A stretch of 64,000 nt of DNA, taken from positions 17,920,138-17,984,137 of the forward strand of contig NC_068990.1 in NCBI RefSeq assembly GCF_001194135.2, read 5' to 3'. Below, in pieces: positions 12,392-24,121 of the stretch. Numbering within the stretch: position 1 is the first letter of the stretch; every line of letters starts with the position of its first letter. The position numbers were made by a program, and so were the translations under genes. The DNA is from Octopus bimaculoides. Lineage: Eukaryota. The notes beneath the pieces are model-generated. The model saw nothing but the letters and a program-made list of their open reading frames with translations. It searched no databases and had not been told where the DNA came from.

Positions 12392-12991
12392 GGATCTATT
12401 TTAAAACGGGGGCGCCAGTTTTCATTTATGTTTTATGTAGTGTTTTTGGTACGGAAAGACTTTCAAACTTCGTATACTTATCTATTTTGTGTTATAGAAC
12501 AGAAAAATATTTTTGTATTCGAATTTATTTCATGTAAAAAATTGTCTTATTTCGATAATTTCTACTAATCACTGACGGCTATTCAGTTGAAAACAGTTAG
12601 CGCTGTAACGGTGTATATCGTATTAATCCCCTAACCCTAACTCGAGAATCCGAACTCTAAAATTGTTACAGACATAGATACGCACAGCGTAATTTATTAT
12701 ATAAACAATATATGCGTATAAATTACGATTAAACCGAATGAAATATGTCACAGGGAATAACATTTTTATGACCGCCCAGCAGTAAACTCTATTCAGCTGA
12801 ATAGACGTCAGTGATTGGTTGAAATTACAGAAATACGACAACTTTTACATGGAATAACTTGCGAATTCCCTTTTTTTTTTGTTAAGAAGACTAAGAGTAA
12901 AAGATGTTTTCTATGACACATTCTACCAGTGTCCCAAGTTTCAAAGTGTTTCGTTAAGAAAATACTGGCGCCCCCGTTTTAAAATAGATCC
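12392..12991. mobile_element. 600-bp MITE, 28-bp perfect TIRs, 8-bp TSD (GG termini; Merlin-like or hAT)
   Basis: TIR GGATCTATTTTAAAACGGGGGCGCCAGT at both ends; TSD ATCTTAAG at 12384-12391 and 12992-12999; second copy at 50183-50455. Confidence 0.9.
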
Positions 12992-13957
12992 ATCTTAAGT
13001 ATTTCAGAAATTGTAGTTAACATACACGTACCACAACTAATAATGACTGCCCCCGAGAAGGAAATTTTGCTTGTCGATGCACGATAGCTAACGCAGTTAC
13101 ATGTGAGCAATGTAATAATTTTGCGCGACTCCTGAGCTGTCCAGAAAAGAACCGACGGGAAGCGTGGGCGCGGTTCCAGCTGATTCACGTTGGTTGTGTT
13201 ACAGAAATTGTTTACTTCACTTTCATATCTTTCTCGTATCTCTTCGTCGATAAAATTAAGTACCTGTCAAGAACTAACCCCTCACCCCTATTTCAGACCT
13301 TGTGCCTGTAATAGATACAATTATAATTTAAAAGAAAAATAATCAAATAAAAAGCAGAAACATACGTCGTGTGTGACAGAGAAAACGTAAGAAAATTCAA
13401 GATCAAATTCAACTTGTAAATTTTATGTTAAATTTATATTGTTTACGATATGTTAGTATAGTAATTGAGAAGTTCAATGGGCTTCGCCTTACGCTATGTG
13501 TAGATAAATATATTCAAACAACACAACGTAGACTTCGTAAGCTAGATCTAAAGTTTTTAAAGCTTTAAAATTTGTGTGATAAATTGAATTGTGTATAAAA
13601 ATATTTTATAGATAATCCAGGAAATAAATGTATTTCAGCTGATAATTGCCATTTTAACGTACTTGTGGGTATCTCTATTTTATAGATGATGAGAGAAAAA
13701 CATATACATATAATATTTGCTTTAAAATATTTAAAGTATGCATTACTATTAGGATGGATGACGACTAGTTTCACGGAATTGAGTCAAAGAATTCGGGGAA
13801 AAAAAAAGAAGGCCAATACATATTTGTTAAAAGTAATGGTGCGAAAGAATTCCTTCTTCGGTAAGAGTTGTAGGTAGTCCACAGGAAATTTTCTTACTAT
13901 TTTAAAAACTTCCATTCCTCGTATTGCTTTTGATATGGTTTAATTATAATGTCAATT

Positions 13958-14281
13958 TTAAGCGCGGACCATATCTAGAGAGTCATAACCACGAATTTCT
14001 TTCGCTTCCTGGATGAGAGAACAGAAAGGGCAAAATAATACCAATAAAAGATCTTCGCAAATAGAACCAGCAATATTGCGTGAACTCCGAATCATTCCAC
14101 GAATTTGTGTCATAGCAAAATAATTCACTCCGGGTACGAGATACATACAACCACAGAAACAACAGCCTTCACCAATAGCTTCGGCGTTTTTACCGAACGT
14201 ATAACAAGGAGCGAAATAAGTAATAATACAGAGACCTAAGTTATTGAAACAGCCAAATATTGAATGCTGCCACGATTCCAT
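13958..14281 (-). CDS. PLAC8/cornifelin (plant cadmium resistance/FW2.2-like) family cysteine-rich protein, 107 aa, CDS without introns
   Basis: Uninterrupted ORF MESWQHSIFGCFNNLGLCIITYFAPCYTFGKNAEAIGEGCC...IRGMIRSSRNIAGSICEDLLLVLFCPFCSLIQEAKE with the PLAC8 W..GLF.CF, C..T.F.PC, R..IR..I.GS...D and FCP.C...QE pattern. Good start context (GAC ATG G); TAA stop; ATTAAA about 14 nt after the stop. Confidence 0.92.
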   Translation of the reverse strand: MESWQHSIFGCFNNLGLCIITYFAPCYTFGKNAEAIGEGCCFCGCMYLVPGVNYFAMTQIRGMIRSSRNIAGSICEDLLLVLFCPFCSLIQEAKEIRGYDSLDMVRA

Positions 14282-15080
14282 GTCTGAGCAAATACTCGCT
14301 TAATCCGCCAAAGTACAGAGTTGTTCGACTGGTGTCTTTCTGTGTTGGAAGCTCGTTTACACTATATTATATTAAATATATTAAAAGCAGACTTTTGGAC
14401 TTCGACACTTAATACTTTTGTTATAACATCCTGTAATGGAATCTGATTTAATCTATAAACTACTAAGGCGTGTTTATGATAACGAAGATCAGGTTGTGTT
14501 GGCGTATGGTTTGTTATTTATAGCGCAAGAGATGTAGTAGGACCACAGACAGACTGACAGAGAAAGCAAAACGTGTGTGGAAGGAAGATGTACAGGAATT
14601 AGTTTAGTTAGCAGCTTGAATATGAGTGAGGTAAATTCAAATGCTCAGAAATTGTCTCCCGCTGCACCACAAATAGCTGACAACTTTTATATTAACTTGG
14701 AGACTTAACAACAGAAGAGCGTGGCTGCTTAGAGATAAACGGTTTGACGAAACAAACAAAAACAAGAAAACAGTTCTGGGAGCTATTTATTACCTCTGCC
14801 TGCAAGAATTTTTTGTGTCTTCAACGTACCATGTTTGTGTAACAAGGCACGATGTTATGTAATAATAAAACACAGATATTGAATAGGAAAGGATTTCTGA
14901 AGGCTGGAAAGAAATAAGAACAGCATGCACTACAGGATGTATGTTTGTGTGAATGATTGACAAAGAACAAACGAGCTGAGAGATAAGTTAGATTATAAGA
15001 GGAACTGCATGTAATATTACAAGAATGAAGACTGCTGATATGAGCAGTTTTCAAAACATATTTGTATAAAGTTGTACAAT

Positions 15081-15136
15081 AGGCATTCAGCACTTCTTTA
15101 TACCCTACCAACGGTATAAAGAAGTACTGAGTGCTT
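15081..15136. other. 56-nt near-perfect hairpin (24-bp stem, 8-nt loop)
   Basis: AGGCATTCAGCACTTCTTTATACC-CTACCAAC-GGTATAAAGAAGTACTGAGTGCTT. Inner 18 bp match at 17/18; outer 6 pair with two G.U on the plus strand. Confidence 0.75.
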
Positions 15137-15149
15137 CAAATGGATGGAG

Positions 15150-15320
15150 TCTGCAGAAAAGGGAGATCAAAGACCAAGGAAGGCATGGGATCAAAGTGAG
15201 AGGCTGAATACAACAAAGGAAATGATAAAAGAACGACAACTTGTGGTGAAATGCTATGAAAGAGATTTGTCCAAATCATGCAATCATAGAAAAAGGTGTA
15301 AAGATGATGATGGTGGTGGC
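15150..15320 (+). mobile_element. Strongly decayed RTE 3' end
   Basis: RPRKAW motif and a tail TCCAAATCATGCAATCATAGAAAAAGGTGTAAAGATGATGATG similar to the RTE tails. Confidence 0.5.
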
Positions 15321-16991
15321 ATTGAGGATTACGTATTATTATACCCACATTTGCATCTTTACTGATGATTGCATTCAGAATAAGTGCACAGGTGTGGCTG
15401 TGTAGTAAGAATTTTGCTTCTCAGCCACATAGTTCTGGGTCCAGTCCTACTGTGTGGCACCTTGGGCAAATGTCTTCTATAGCCTTGGGTCAACCAAAAC
15501 CTTGTGAGTGGATTTGGTAGACAGAAACAGATTGAAGCCCATTTGGTATATATAGTTATATTTTATTTAATTTTTTTATTTTATCTAGTTTCAGCTAACA
15601 AGCTGTGGCCATGCTGGGGCACCACCATTTAATGTATATATATTCTCCAAGCACATTTGTCACTGCTATTTCTCACAAGACTCCTTCCTTTATCACATAT
15701 TGTTGACATTCATTACTCATCACTCACTCATTCAATTGTAGCACTCTTTCTTGCACCCTATCTCTTCATTAACACTCCTTTTCTATCACTTTCCCTCTTC
15801 ACTATCACTCCCTCTTCTATCACCCTGTACCCTAATATCACTCAGTCTTGTATCACCCTCTCTCCTCACTATTATTCCCTCTTCTAATCATGTTTTCTAT
15901 GTAATCTCTATATTATCAAACATCTCTCTCTCTCTGCTTCTATCACTGATTTACTTCAATTATTCTCTCCTGTTTCCCATTTGTTCTGGTTACACTTTCA
16001 TAATCACTTTCTCTTCTACCCACCATGAATAAATAATGCTGCGATACTGCTAAATGCATGAACAAAACTATGAAAAAAAAAAAAAAAGAAAGATAACATA
16101 TGGTAGAGAGGGCAGTTTAATCTTTCCAAGAAAAAATGCTTCTCTAGTGCTTATACTGTGATAAAATTCCCCTGATGAACACAGTAAGGTGGATGGAAAA
16201 TGAGCAGAAGCAACACAGGGTAGAGAAAACTTTTTAGTCTTGCTGGGACAAGGTAACTACTTGGGTGCTGGTGTCATGATAAAATGCATCTAGTTCATTT
16301 GGTGAAATGGTTAGTGATAAAAAGGGCATTCAACCATAAAAGAATATGAAAATAAACATGAGGTGTGGTCTTCAACCCATCTAGAAGGGAAGTTAACCTG
16401 AATAAGAACTGTCTGGGGCCATGATGACTCATTCAATCCATGTCAGCAAAGAAAAGCTGGCATAAAATGATAGTGATGTTGATGAACTTAAATTCTTTTT
16501 AAAATGTATAAAACCAACTAAACATCTATTACCAGATTTTGTGATAGCTGAACACACACACACACACACACAATCACTCTCACCCACACATTATATTAAG
16601 ATTGTTAATCTTAAAGCTAGCCTGATGTTACTATGTATTATCTTCAGAGGTCATATATATAACATTGTGGTAATGCATGTGACTTCTGGAGATAATATGA
16701 TAACACAGAAACAGCTGTAAGGTCAACTACTTTAATTAAGCTGTAAGGTCAAGTACCTTAATAAATGAATTTATGCTCCACATTTAAAATTTATTAAGTC
16801 TTTCATAGAACTGTAGTCTTAATTAATTGAATGGGAACATATTACATCATTTGACTAAAAATTCTTCAAAGTGGTGCCCCAGCATGGCCACAGTCTAATG
16901 ACTGAAACAAGTAAAGGATCAGGACATATGACAGATAACTTTGGAAGTATACTTTTGCAACTATGAATAATTTGATAAAATATATATTATA

Positions 16992-18205
16992 TCAGGTCAT
17001 CCCATAAGTTCTGCCCGACTTTACCTTTTTTAAAATTGAATGAAATTTAATAGTATTTTAGAATGTCTAATGGAATTTAAAATTATTTTTATGCATTTGT
17101 GCACGTTTAAACTGATTAAATATTATTTTACAGAATAATAGGATTAAAATTTCTTTGATTAAAACCCTTTCTAACATGGAAGTATCCAAAAAGCATTTGA
17201 GGCACATAATGCTTTATGAGTACAAAAAGGAAACTCTGCAGTCGAAGCGACTCGAAACATACACTAAGTTTATGGGAAAGAATGCTTGAATGAAAGAACT
17301 TGCAGAAGATGGTTTGCAAAATTCAGAAGTGAAGATTTCAGCCTTGAAGATGAAGNNNNNNNNNNNNNNNNNNNNNNNNNNNNNNNNNNNNNNNNNNNNN
17401 NNNNNAGTTCAAACCATACAACTGTTCATCGTCATCTTCAACAACTTGGAAAGGTTCCTAAACTTGGAAAATGGGTGCCTCGTGAATTGTCCAAAAGCAA
17501 CCACAAATCCCGAGTTGATATCTGCTCTTCTCTCCATTCTTGCGAACTCATTTCACCTTTTTTGGATAGACTTGTGACTGGTGACGAAAAATGGATCTTC
17601 TATAGAAATGTTAAACGTCGTAAACAGTGGCTTAGTAAAAGGGAAAAAACTCAACCACAACCGAGAAAGGAACTTCATGGGAAAAAGGTTCTTCTCTCTA
17701 TCTGGTGGGATTGCAAAGGAGTAATTCACTTTGAATTGTTACTACCTAATGCAACAACCAATACTGTCAGCAATTAGAGCATTTGAAACAAGCTTTGAAG
17801 AAAAAAAGACATGCTTTAGTGAATCAAAACGGAGTGATGTTTCATCAGGACAATGCGCAACCCCACACTGCAAAGATCAAAGTGCTTGGTTGGGAAAAAA
17901 TTCTTCATCCACCTTATTCTCCCGACCTTGCTCCTTCAGACTACCATTTGTTTTGTAGTTTACAGAATCATTTGGGGGACATAACTTTCACAAGCCAGGA
18001 GGAGGTTGAAACTGACATTTCAGATGTCTTTGCTTTGAAACCAAAAGAGTTTTACATTGATGGGATTAAGAAGCTTGTAAAAAGATGGAAGGAAGTGATA
18101 GATAATCAGGGAAAGTACATTGATGATTAAATTTCAATTAAATATAACATTTGATCACTTGTTTTCTTTATTCAAAATTCAGACAGAACTTATGGGATGA
18201 CCTGA
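16992..18205 (+). mobile_element. mariner (D,D34D) element, full length, frameshifted, internal gap
   Basis: TIRs TCAGGTCATCCCATAAGTTCTG with TA TSDs at 16990-16991 and 18206-18207. Transposase from ATG 17176 to 18130 with WVPREL, TGDEKW, HQDNAQPH and HPPYSPDLAPSDYHLF. Confidence 0.95.
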
Positions 18206-18282
18206 TAGTTATTGTATGCATACAGTATTTGCTGATACTACCTACAGTGGCAAAAAAAAAAGTATTAATATTACTGTAGCAA

Positions 18283-18937
18283 TTCAGGTGGCAAACTGGC
18301 AGAAACATTAGCATGCTGGGCAAAATGTGGCATTTTCTTTTCTACTCTAGGCACAAGGCCTGAAATTTTTGGGGAGGAGACCAGTCAATTAGATCGACCC
18401 CAGTACACAACTGGTACTTAATTCATCGACCCCCGAAAGGATGAAAGACAAAGTCAACCTTGGGGGAATTTGAACTCAGAACATAAAGACAGACAAAATA
18501 CTGCTAAGCATTCCACCTGGTGTGCTAATGATTCTGCCAGCTTACTGTCTTAATGTGGCATTTTGTCTGTCTTTACGTTCTGAGTTCAAATTCTGCTGAG
18601 GTCAGTTTTGTTTTTCATCCGTTTGGGGTCAATGAAATAAGTACCAGCTGAGCATTGGGGATTGATGTAATCAATTTACCCCCCCCCCCTCTGGCCACGC
18701 CGAAATTGCTGGCCTTGTGCCAAAAACTTGAAACAAATATTACTGTAGCAATTAAGAGGCCGAGCTGGCAGAATCTTTTGCACACCAGGCAAAATGCTTT
18801 GTGACATTTCATCTGTCTTTACATTCTGAGTTCAAAGCCTGTCAAGGTTAACTTTTACCTTTCATCCTTTCAGGGTTGATAAAATAAGTACCATCATTTA
18901 CCTCAAAACTTCTGGCCTAGTGCCAAAATTTGAAACC
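18283..18937 (+). mobile_element. Cluster of S2 SINEs: two tandem plus-strand copies, the first with a nested inverted copy (~18340-18553)
   Basis: S2 head/core motifs repeated; AATATTACTGTAGCAA at 18267-18282, 18736-18751 and 18938-18953. Confidence 0.8.
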
Positions 18938-19432
18938 AATATTACTGTAGCAACTGGAAAAGCTCATTATAGATTCTTAACTAAGAGAATACATTAATGC
19001 AAAAAAATAAAAAATAAAAGAAAGAAATCAAATTTACTCTGCTAACAAACAGCTTACATGAAAAACATCTGAAGAAAATAATCATTATAATAAATATTAA
19101 TTATTGCAGGGCCTTCTTCAGCAACATCCAACTATTCTGTCACTTCTGCCTCCTCTTCCCCAATCTCTCAGTCTCTATGATTCTTNNNNNNNNNNNNNNN
19201 NNNNNNNNNNNNNNNNNNNNNNNNNNNNNNNNNNNNNNNNNNNNNNNNNNNNNNNNNNNNNNNNNNNNNNNNNNNNNNNNNNNNNNNNNNNNNNNNNNNN
19301 NNNNNNNNNNNNNNNNNNNNNNNNNNNNNNNNNNNNNNNNNNNNNNNNNNNNNNNNNNNNNNNNNNNNNNNNNNNNNNNNNNNNNNNNNNNNNNNNNNNN
19401 NNNNNNNNNNNNNNNNNNNNNNNNNNNNNNNN

Positions 19433-19637
19433 TCTCCCAAAATTTTGGGCCTTGTGCCTAGAGTACAAAAGATTACATTTTGAATTCAAATTCTGCCAGT
19501 TGACTTTACCTTTCATCCTTTCGGGTTTGATTAAATAAGTACCAGTTATGCACTGGGGTTGATGTAATCAACTTAATCCTTTTGTCTGTACTTTTTTGTC
19601 TCCTCTATGTTTAGCCCCCTGTGGACAATAAAGAAAT
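19433..19637 (+). mobile_element. S2 SINE 3' part
   Basis: TTCAAATTCTGCCAG TTGACTTTACCTTTCATCCTTTCGGGTTTGATTAAATAAGTACCAG...TTTAGCCCCCTGTGGACAATAAAGAAAT. Confidence 0.8.
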
Positions 19638-20489
19638 GAACATTCATATAGGTTAATGTGTGTGTGTGTGTGTATGTATGTGCAGGCATGTGTGTGTTGG
19701 ACATTATTATCTTCTTACTGAACACTTATACATCGTCTTTGACAGGTGATTCCATCATCATATATATGTATATACTGTCTTTAAGATAGCATATTTTACA
19801 TTGATCTGATCTCATCGTATCATATATTCCTATAGTGCATATGCATAGATATACATGTGACATGCATGTAGGAAGAGCACTGGTAAGATATGCAACATGA
19901 AGGAAGATCGAATGTCAATAGCAGAAAGCATAGAATAGAATTATAAGATGAAATGCAGCCAGATCAGACTGGAGCCTGGTGCAGCCTCTTGGCTTCCCAG
20001 ACCTCAGTCGAACCGTCCAACCCATGCCAGCATGGAAAACGGACGTTAAACAATGATGATGATGATGATGAATGTACATTTATAATGCAATGAAAGATTA
20101 CTTAATACTGCCAATAAATTTTAATACACACACACACACATACACAAATGTAGACACAAACGCATACACATTTTGAAACATTTTGAATACAGTTAGTATT
20201 CATTACTAACACATCATCATAAATACCATTATCTTTGTGTTTGTGTAGTGAAAATTTGAGCCCATCATTCACATTACTGTCACTCTTTTAATGCAAACTG
20301 AATGAAAAATGTGAATTGTTTCTTTATATATAATATACAATTATGTAATCAAATATTTTTGCATACAAAATGAAAGCAAAGGGAAACAAGCTGTTATGTA
20401 GATATTTAATAACAATGTGATCTTACGTTGAAAAGAAAAATAGTAAAAGTATATTTACCATTGCTGAAGCAATATGTATACCTACAAAA

Positions 20490-21206
20490 GTGTGCCCCCA
20501 ACCCAACTTTATTTCTGCATAACTTGCAGAAAATTGGACATCTTTTAATGAAATTTTCTCAAAATATGTTTCAGATGGTGTAGAGTCCAATTCGATCAGA
20601 ATTTGCTGTGAAAATTAAAAATTTTTTTTGGAGGGAGTGGGGTGAAAAGTTTCAGAAAATTCATGTGAGTAGGATTTGTTTCCTCATAACTTTCAGAAAA
20701 ATGGGTATTTTTAAATGAAATTATATATAAATACCTTTCAGAGTGTGTAAATTATGATTATATTGGAATTTTATGTGAAGAAAAAAATGGTAGGCTCATA
20801 TACATACATACACACTGACATACATGATAATTTTTTTCAAATTTTCAAGCTTCATTTTGTAATTATAAGTGGTATGTGTCAGTATGTATGTGTGCAAGCC
20901 CACCAATTTTTTTATATATTAAATTTCAATATAGTAGTAATCTACAAACTCTGAAAGGTATTTGTAGAAAATTTCATTAAAGAATACACATTTTACTGAA
21001 AGTTATGAAGAAACAAAGTCAACTTGTATGAATTTCCTGAAACTCCTCTCCCCACCCATGGAAACATTTTTTCACACATTCTGATATAATCAGAATCTAT
21101 ACCCTCTGAAGTGCATTTGTAGAAAATTTCATTACAAAATAACTATTTTTCTGGAGGTTATGAGGAAACAAAATGTGTGTAGGGTTGGGGGTGGAGTGAG
21201 GCACAC
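20490..21206. mobile_element. Foldback-like element: long imperfect inverted arms built from ~140-bp units
   Basis: TTTGTTTCCTCATAACTTT and TTTCAGATGGTGTAGA motifs direct at 20500-20780 and inverted (GTTATGAGGAAACAAA) at 20940-21200; ends GTGTGCC / GGCACAC. Confidence 0.65.
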
Positions 21207-22164
21207 ATATGTACATATGCCAAGCAACGAAGTATTAATTCTTAGTAGAGCGCTGACAAAGCATGCAACAGTTGAAAATGTAAAATTTAAAGCAGAGAGC
21301 TACAAGATGAAATCTAGTAAAGCAGTTGTTAACAGAATGTGCATTTAATATTAAAAAAAAAAAACAATTATAAATAAATGAAGAATATTAACTGAAAAAA
21401 TGAAAATGAAACAAAAGTTTCAATAGAAGTCATAGAGATATTTCAGAATACAATGTTTGCCAAGTTGAAATTCAAATGACTGATTACTTGTGTTTGTGCA
21501 TGCACATAAAATCTAGTCTGGTCATGAATGCTTCATTCTGGCTGGGGCCAGGTAACTGTATATCATTGCACATGTGTTACCGGAAGTCCATAATGAACAT
21601 GTATTTTTAAGAATTATATTGAATATATATGTATATACTCATCTAAAGTTCATTTATAAAAATACAAACTGTAGACTAAGACTCTACAACAAATTATAAA
21701 CATAAATTGTAGATTTACTTTTTAAAAAAATTAATTGAAGTAAAGTTTTATCATCACACCATTTCACTTTGAAGGTGATATATATATATTTTCCTATCCT
21801 CATCATGATCATCATCATCATTTAATGTCTGTTTTCCATGCTGGCATTGGTTGGATAGTTTGACAGGAGGTGGCAAGCCGGAGAGCTGTCTTAGGCTCCA
21901 AATGTCTGTTCGGGCATGGTTTCTATGGCTAAATGCCCTTCCTAATGCCAGCTACTTTACAGAGTGGACTGGGTGCTTTCCACATGGCTCCAGCACCAGT
22001 GATTTTTACATGGCACCAACATGGGTGCTTTTTACTTCTCCCTGACTAATTTTTGTTGGCTACATGAATTTTTATATGTTCTTTTGAATTGTGAACATGA
22101 AAGCTGTTGGAAAACACTTGTTCTTCAGGTAAAATTTTATCTTCAAAGTGAGACAGTTGTAATA

Positions 22165-22392
22165 TTGGGTTGTCCAGAAAGTTCATGCCGATTTTTAAGG
22201 GAAAGAAAAAGGTCAATAAATACTTGCCATTACATTTTTAATCAACCAAATATGAACCATTTTGTTGCACAATGCATCTCCATCTTTCCTTTAACTTGAA
22301 AATACCCTCTTCCCAGAATTGAGGTGGTTTCATGGCAAATAAGTTGAAAGGTAAGCTACTATAAATTGGCACGAACTTTCCGGACAACCCAA
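22165..22392 (-). mobile_element. mariner deletion derivative/MITE (228 bp)
   Basis: TIR TTGGGTTGTCC(A/G)GAAAGTTC(A/G)TGCC, TA TSDs, and transposase C-terminus FWEEGIFKLKERWRCIVQQNGSYLVD on the minus strand. Confidence 0.9.
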
Positions 22393-22544
22393 TAGTTAAA
22401 ATTAACCTGAACTGAAACAAAGGCTGCTTATTTGAGGAGAAATATGTTTGTATTTCAGATTAATAATCAAACCAGGTGTCAAGAATATACTGTATGCAAA
22501 TTCTTCTAATCAAATCTTTTTAATTAGTATTACGAACTCAGTAG

Positions 22545-22652
22545 AACAGTGTGAAAGCAAAGTGCCTTGTTCTACATGCCTTCTTCCCAGACTGGGAATC
22601 GAATCCATGATTTTGTGATCAAGAGCCCAGTTGTCTAACTATTAGGCCACAT
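22545..22652 (-). mobile_element. Degenerate tRNA-derived SINE head
   Basis: Minus strand TGTGGCCTAATAGTTAG...GGATTCGATTCCCAG (A and B boxes). Confidence 0.55.
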
Positions 22653-22763
22653 TCTTCTTTTGATCTTAAATATACTAAATCTATGAAATGAAATGACTTG
22701 ATCATGGGTGGATTGCCCTTCTGTTACATCATGGTTGACTTGAAACTAAATAAACAATAACAA

Positions 22764-22822
22764 CTACACCAACACCACCATCCCTACTACTACTACTACT
22801 GCTGCTGCTGCTACTACTACTA

Positions 22823-22857
<35 letters not shown>

Positions 22858-22892
22858 AGTGCTTCTGTTACCACCACCACCACCACCACTAT

Positions 22893-22952
<60 letters not shown>

Positions 22953-22975
22953 CACTACCACTACTACTACTACTT
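22764..22975. repeat. Compound trinucleotide microsatellite (TAC)n/(TGC)n/(CAC)n
   Basis: Direct inspection; produces the spurious poly-Val ORF. Confidence 0.95.
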
Positions 22976-24083
22976 TAGTCTGAGCAAAGACTTAAGTTGT
23001 GGCAACAATCAATGATAGAATATATCAATTGTGGTGCTCCAGCATTGCTACAGCTTATGGGCTTTAAACTAGAAAAACGATAAAGAATGGGTGCCAGGCA
23101 CCCAAAATAGAAAAATAAAAATAAAAAATGAAAAAAACAAAAATAACAAAGAAGCAAGCGAATAAGGAGAGATCAAATTAAACTTACGTATGAATCATTA
23201 TCTAAATTCTGGGTTCTGTCCCTCAGTAGGGGTGACTCAGTTTGAAATTTAGTGTCAGACACAAGATCTGGATGGCTTGCAATGCTTTGGGGTTCATTTA
23301 TCAGGCTCTCAGATTTTTTTATGCGGGCTCTCATTTAAAATTTTGATGTTAAATTTGGCAGCCTTTATATTAAAGAAAATATAAATTACTGAAATAAGAG
23401 AGATGTATGCATGAATATATGTATGTGTGTGTGTTTGGAAAATGTGATTAAAATTTAAAGGATCATATGCTTTTATGTGAGGGTTTTAACCTTTTAACCC
23501 TGCTTGAAGGATACTATTGTTCAATATTATTTCTTGGGGTAATCTTATATTTCCATCTGTCTGTCGGCCATATGTCTTTTTATATATATTATCATACACT
23601 TTTTAAGCTTCTTATTTTTATATTTACTTTAATTACTTTTTACTTCCTCTTTTTAATCTCTTCCTGTTTTTTGTTAACATTAAGGATAGTCACAGTAAGG
23701 CTTTAAGTGTTTCCTTAAAATACTTTTTTTGTCCACCTTGTATGCACTTGTATTCTGCCAGTTTGCTGTAAAACAGTCTATAACTAGTGAAATATTTGAT
23801 GATCCAGTGTACNNNNNNNNNNNNNNNNNNNNNNNNNNNNNNNNNNNNNNNNNNNNNNNNNNNNNNNNNNNNNNNNNNNNNNNNNNNNNNNNNNNNNNNN
23901 NNNNNNNNNNNNNNNNNNNNNNNNNNNNNNNNNNNNNNNNNNNNNNNNNNNNNNNNNNNNNNNNNNNNNNNNNNNNNNNNNNNNNNNNNNNNNNNNNNNN
24001 NNNNNNNNNNNNNNNNNNNNNNNNNNNNNNNNNNNNNNNNNNNNNNNNNNNNNNNNNNNNNNNNNNNNNNNNNNNNNNNNNNN

Positions 24084-24117
<34 letters not shown>

Positions 24118-24121
<4 letters not shown>

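Noticed and set aside
14362-14382. TATA box for PLAC8
   Set aside because: An AT-rich stretch is indistinguishable from background without TSS data.
19104-19538. Long ORFs containing X runs (also 23680-24157, 35890-36373, 50474-51113, 52077-52598)
   Set aside because: Open only because they span N gaps.
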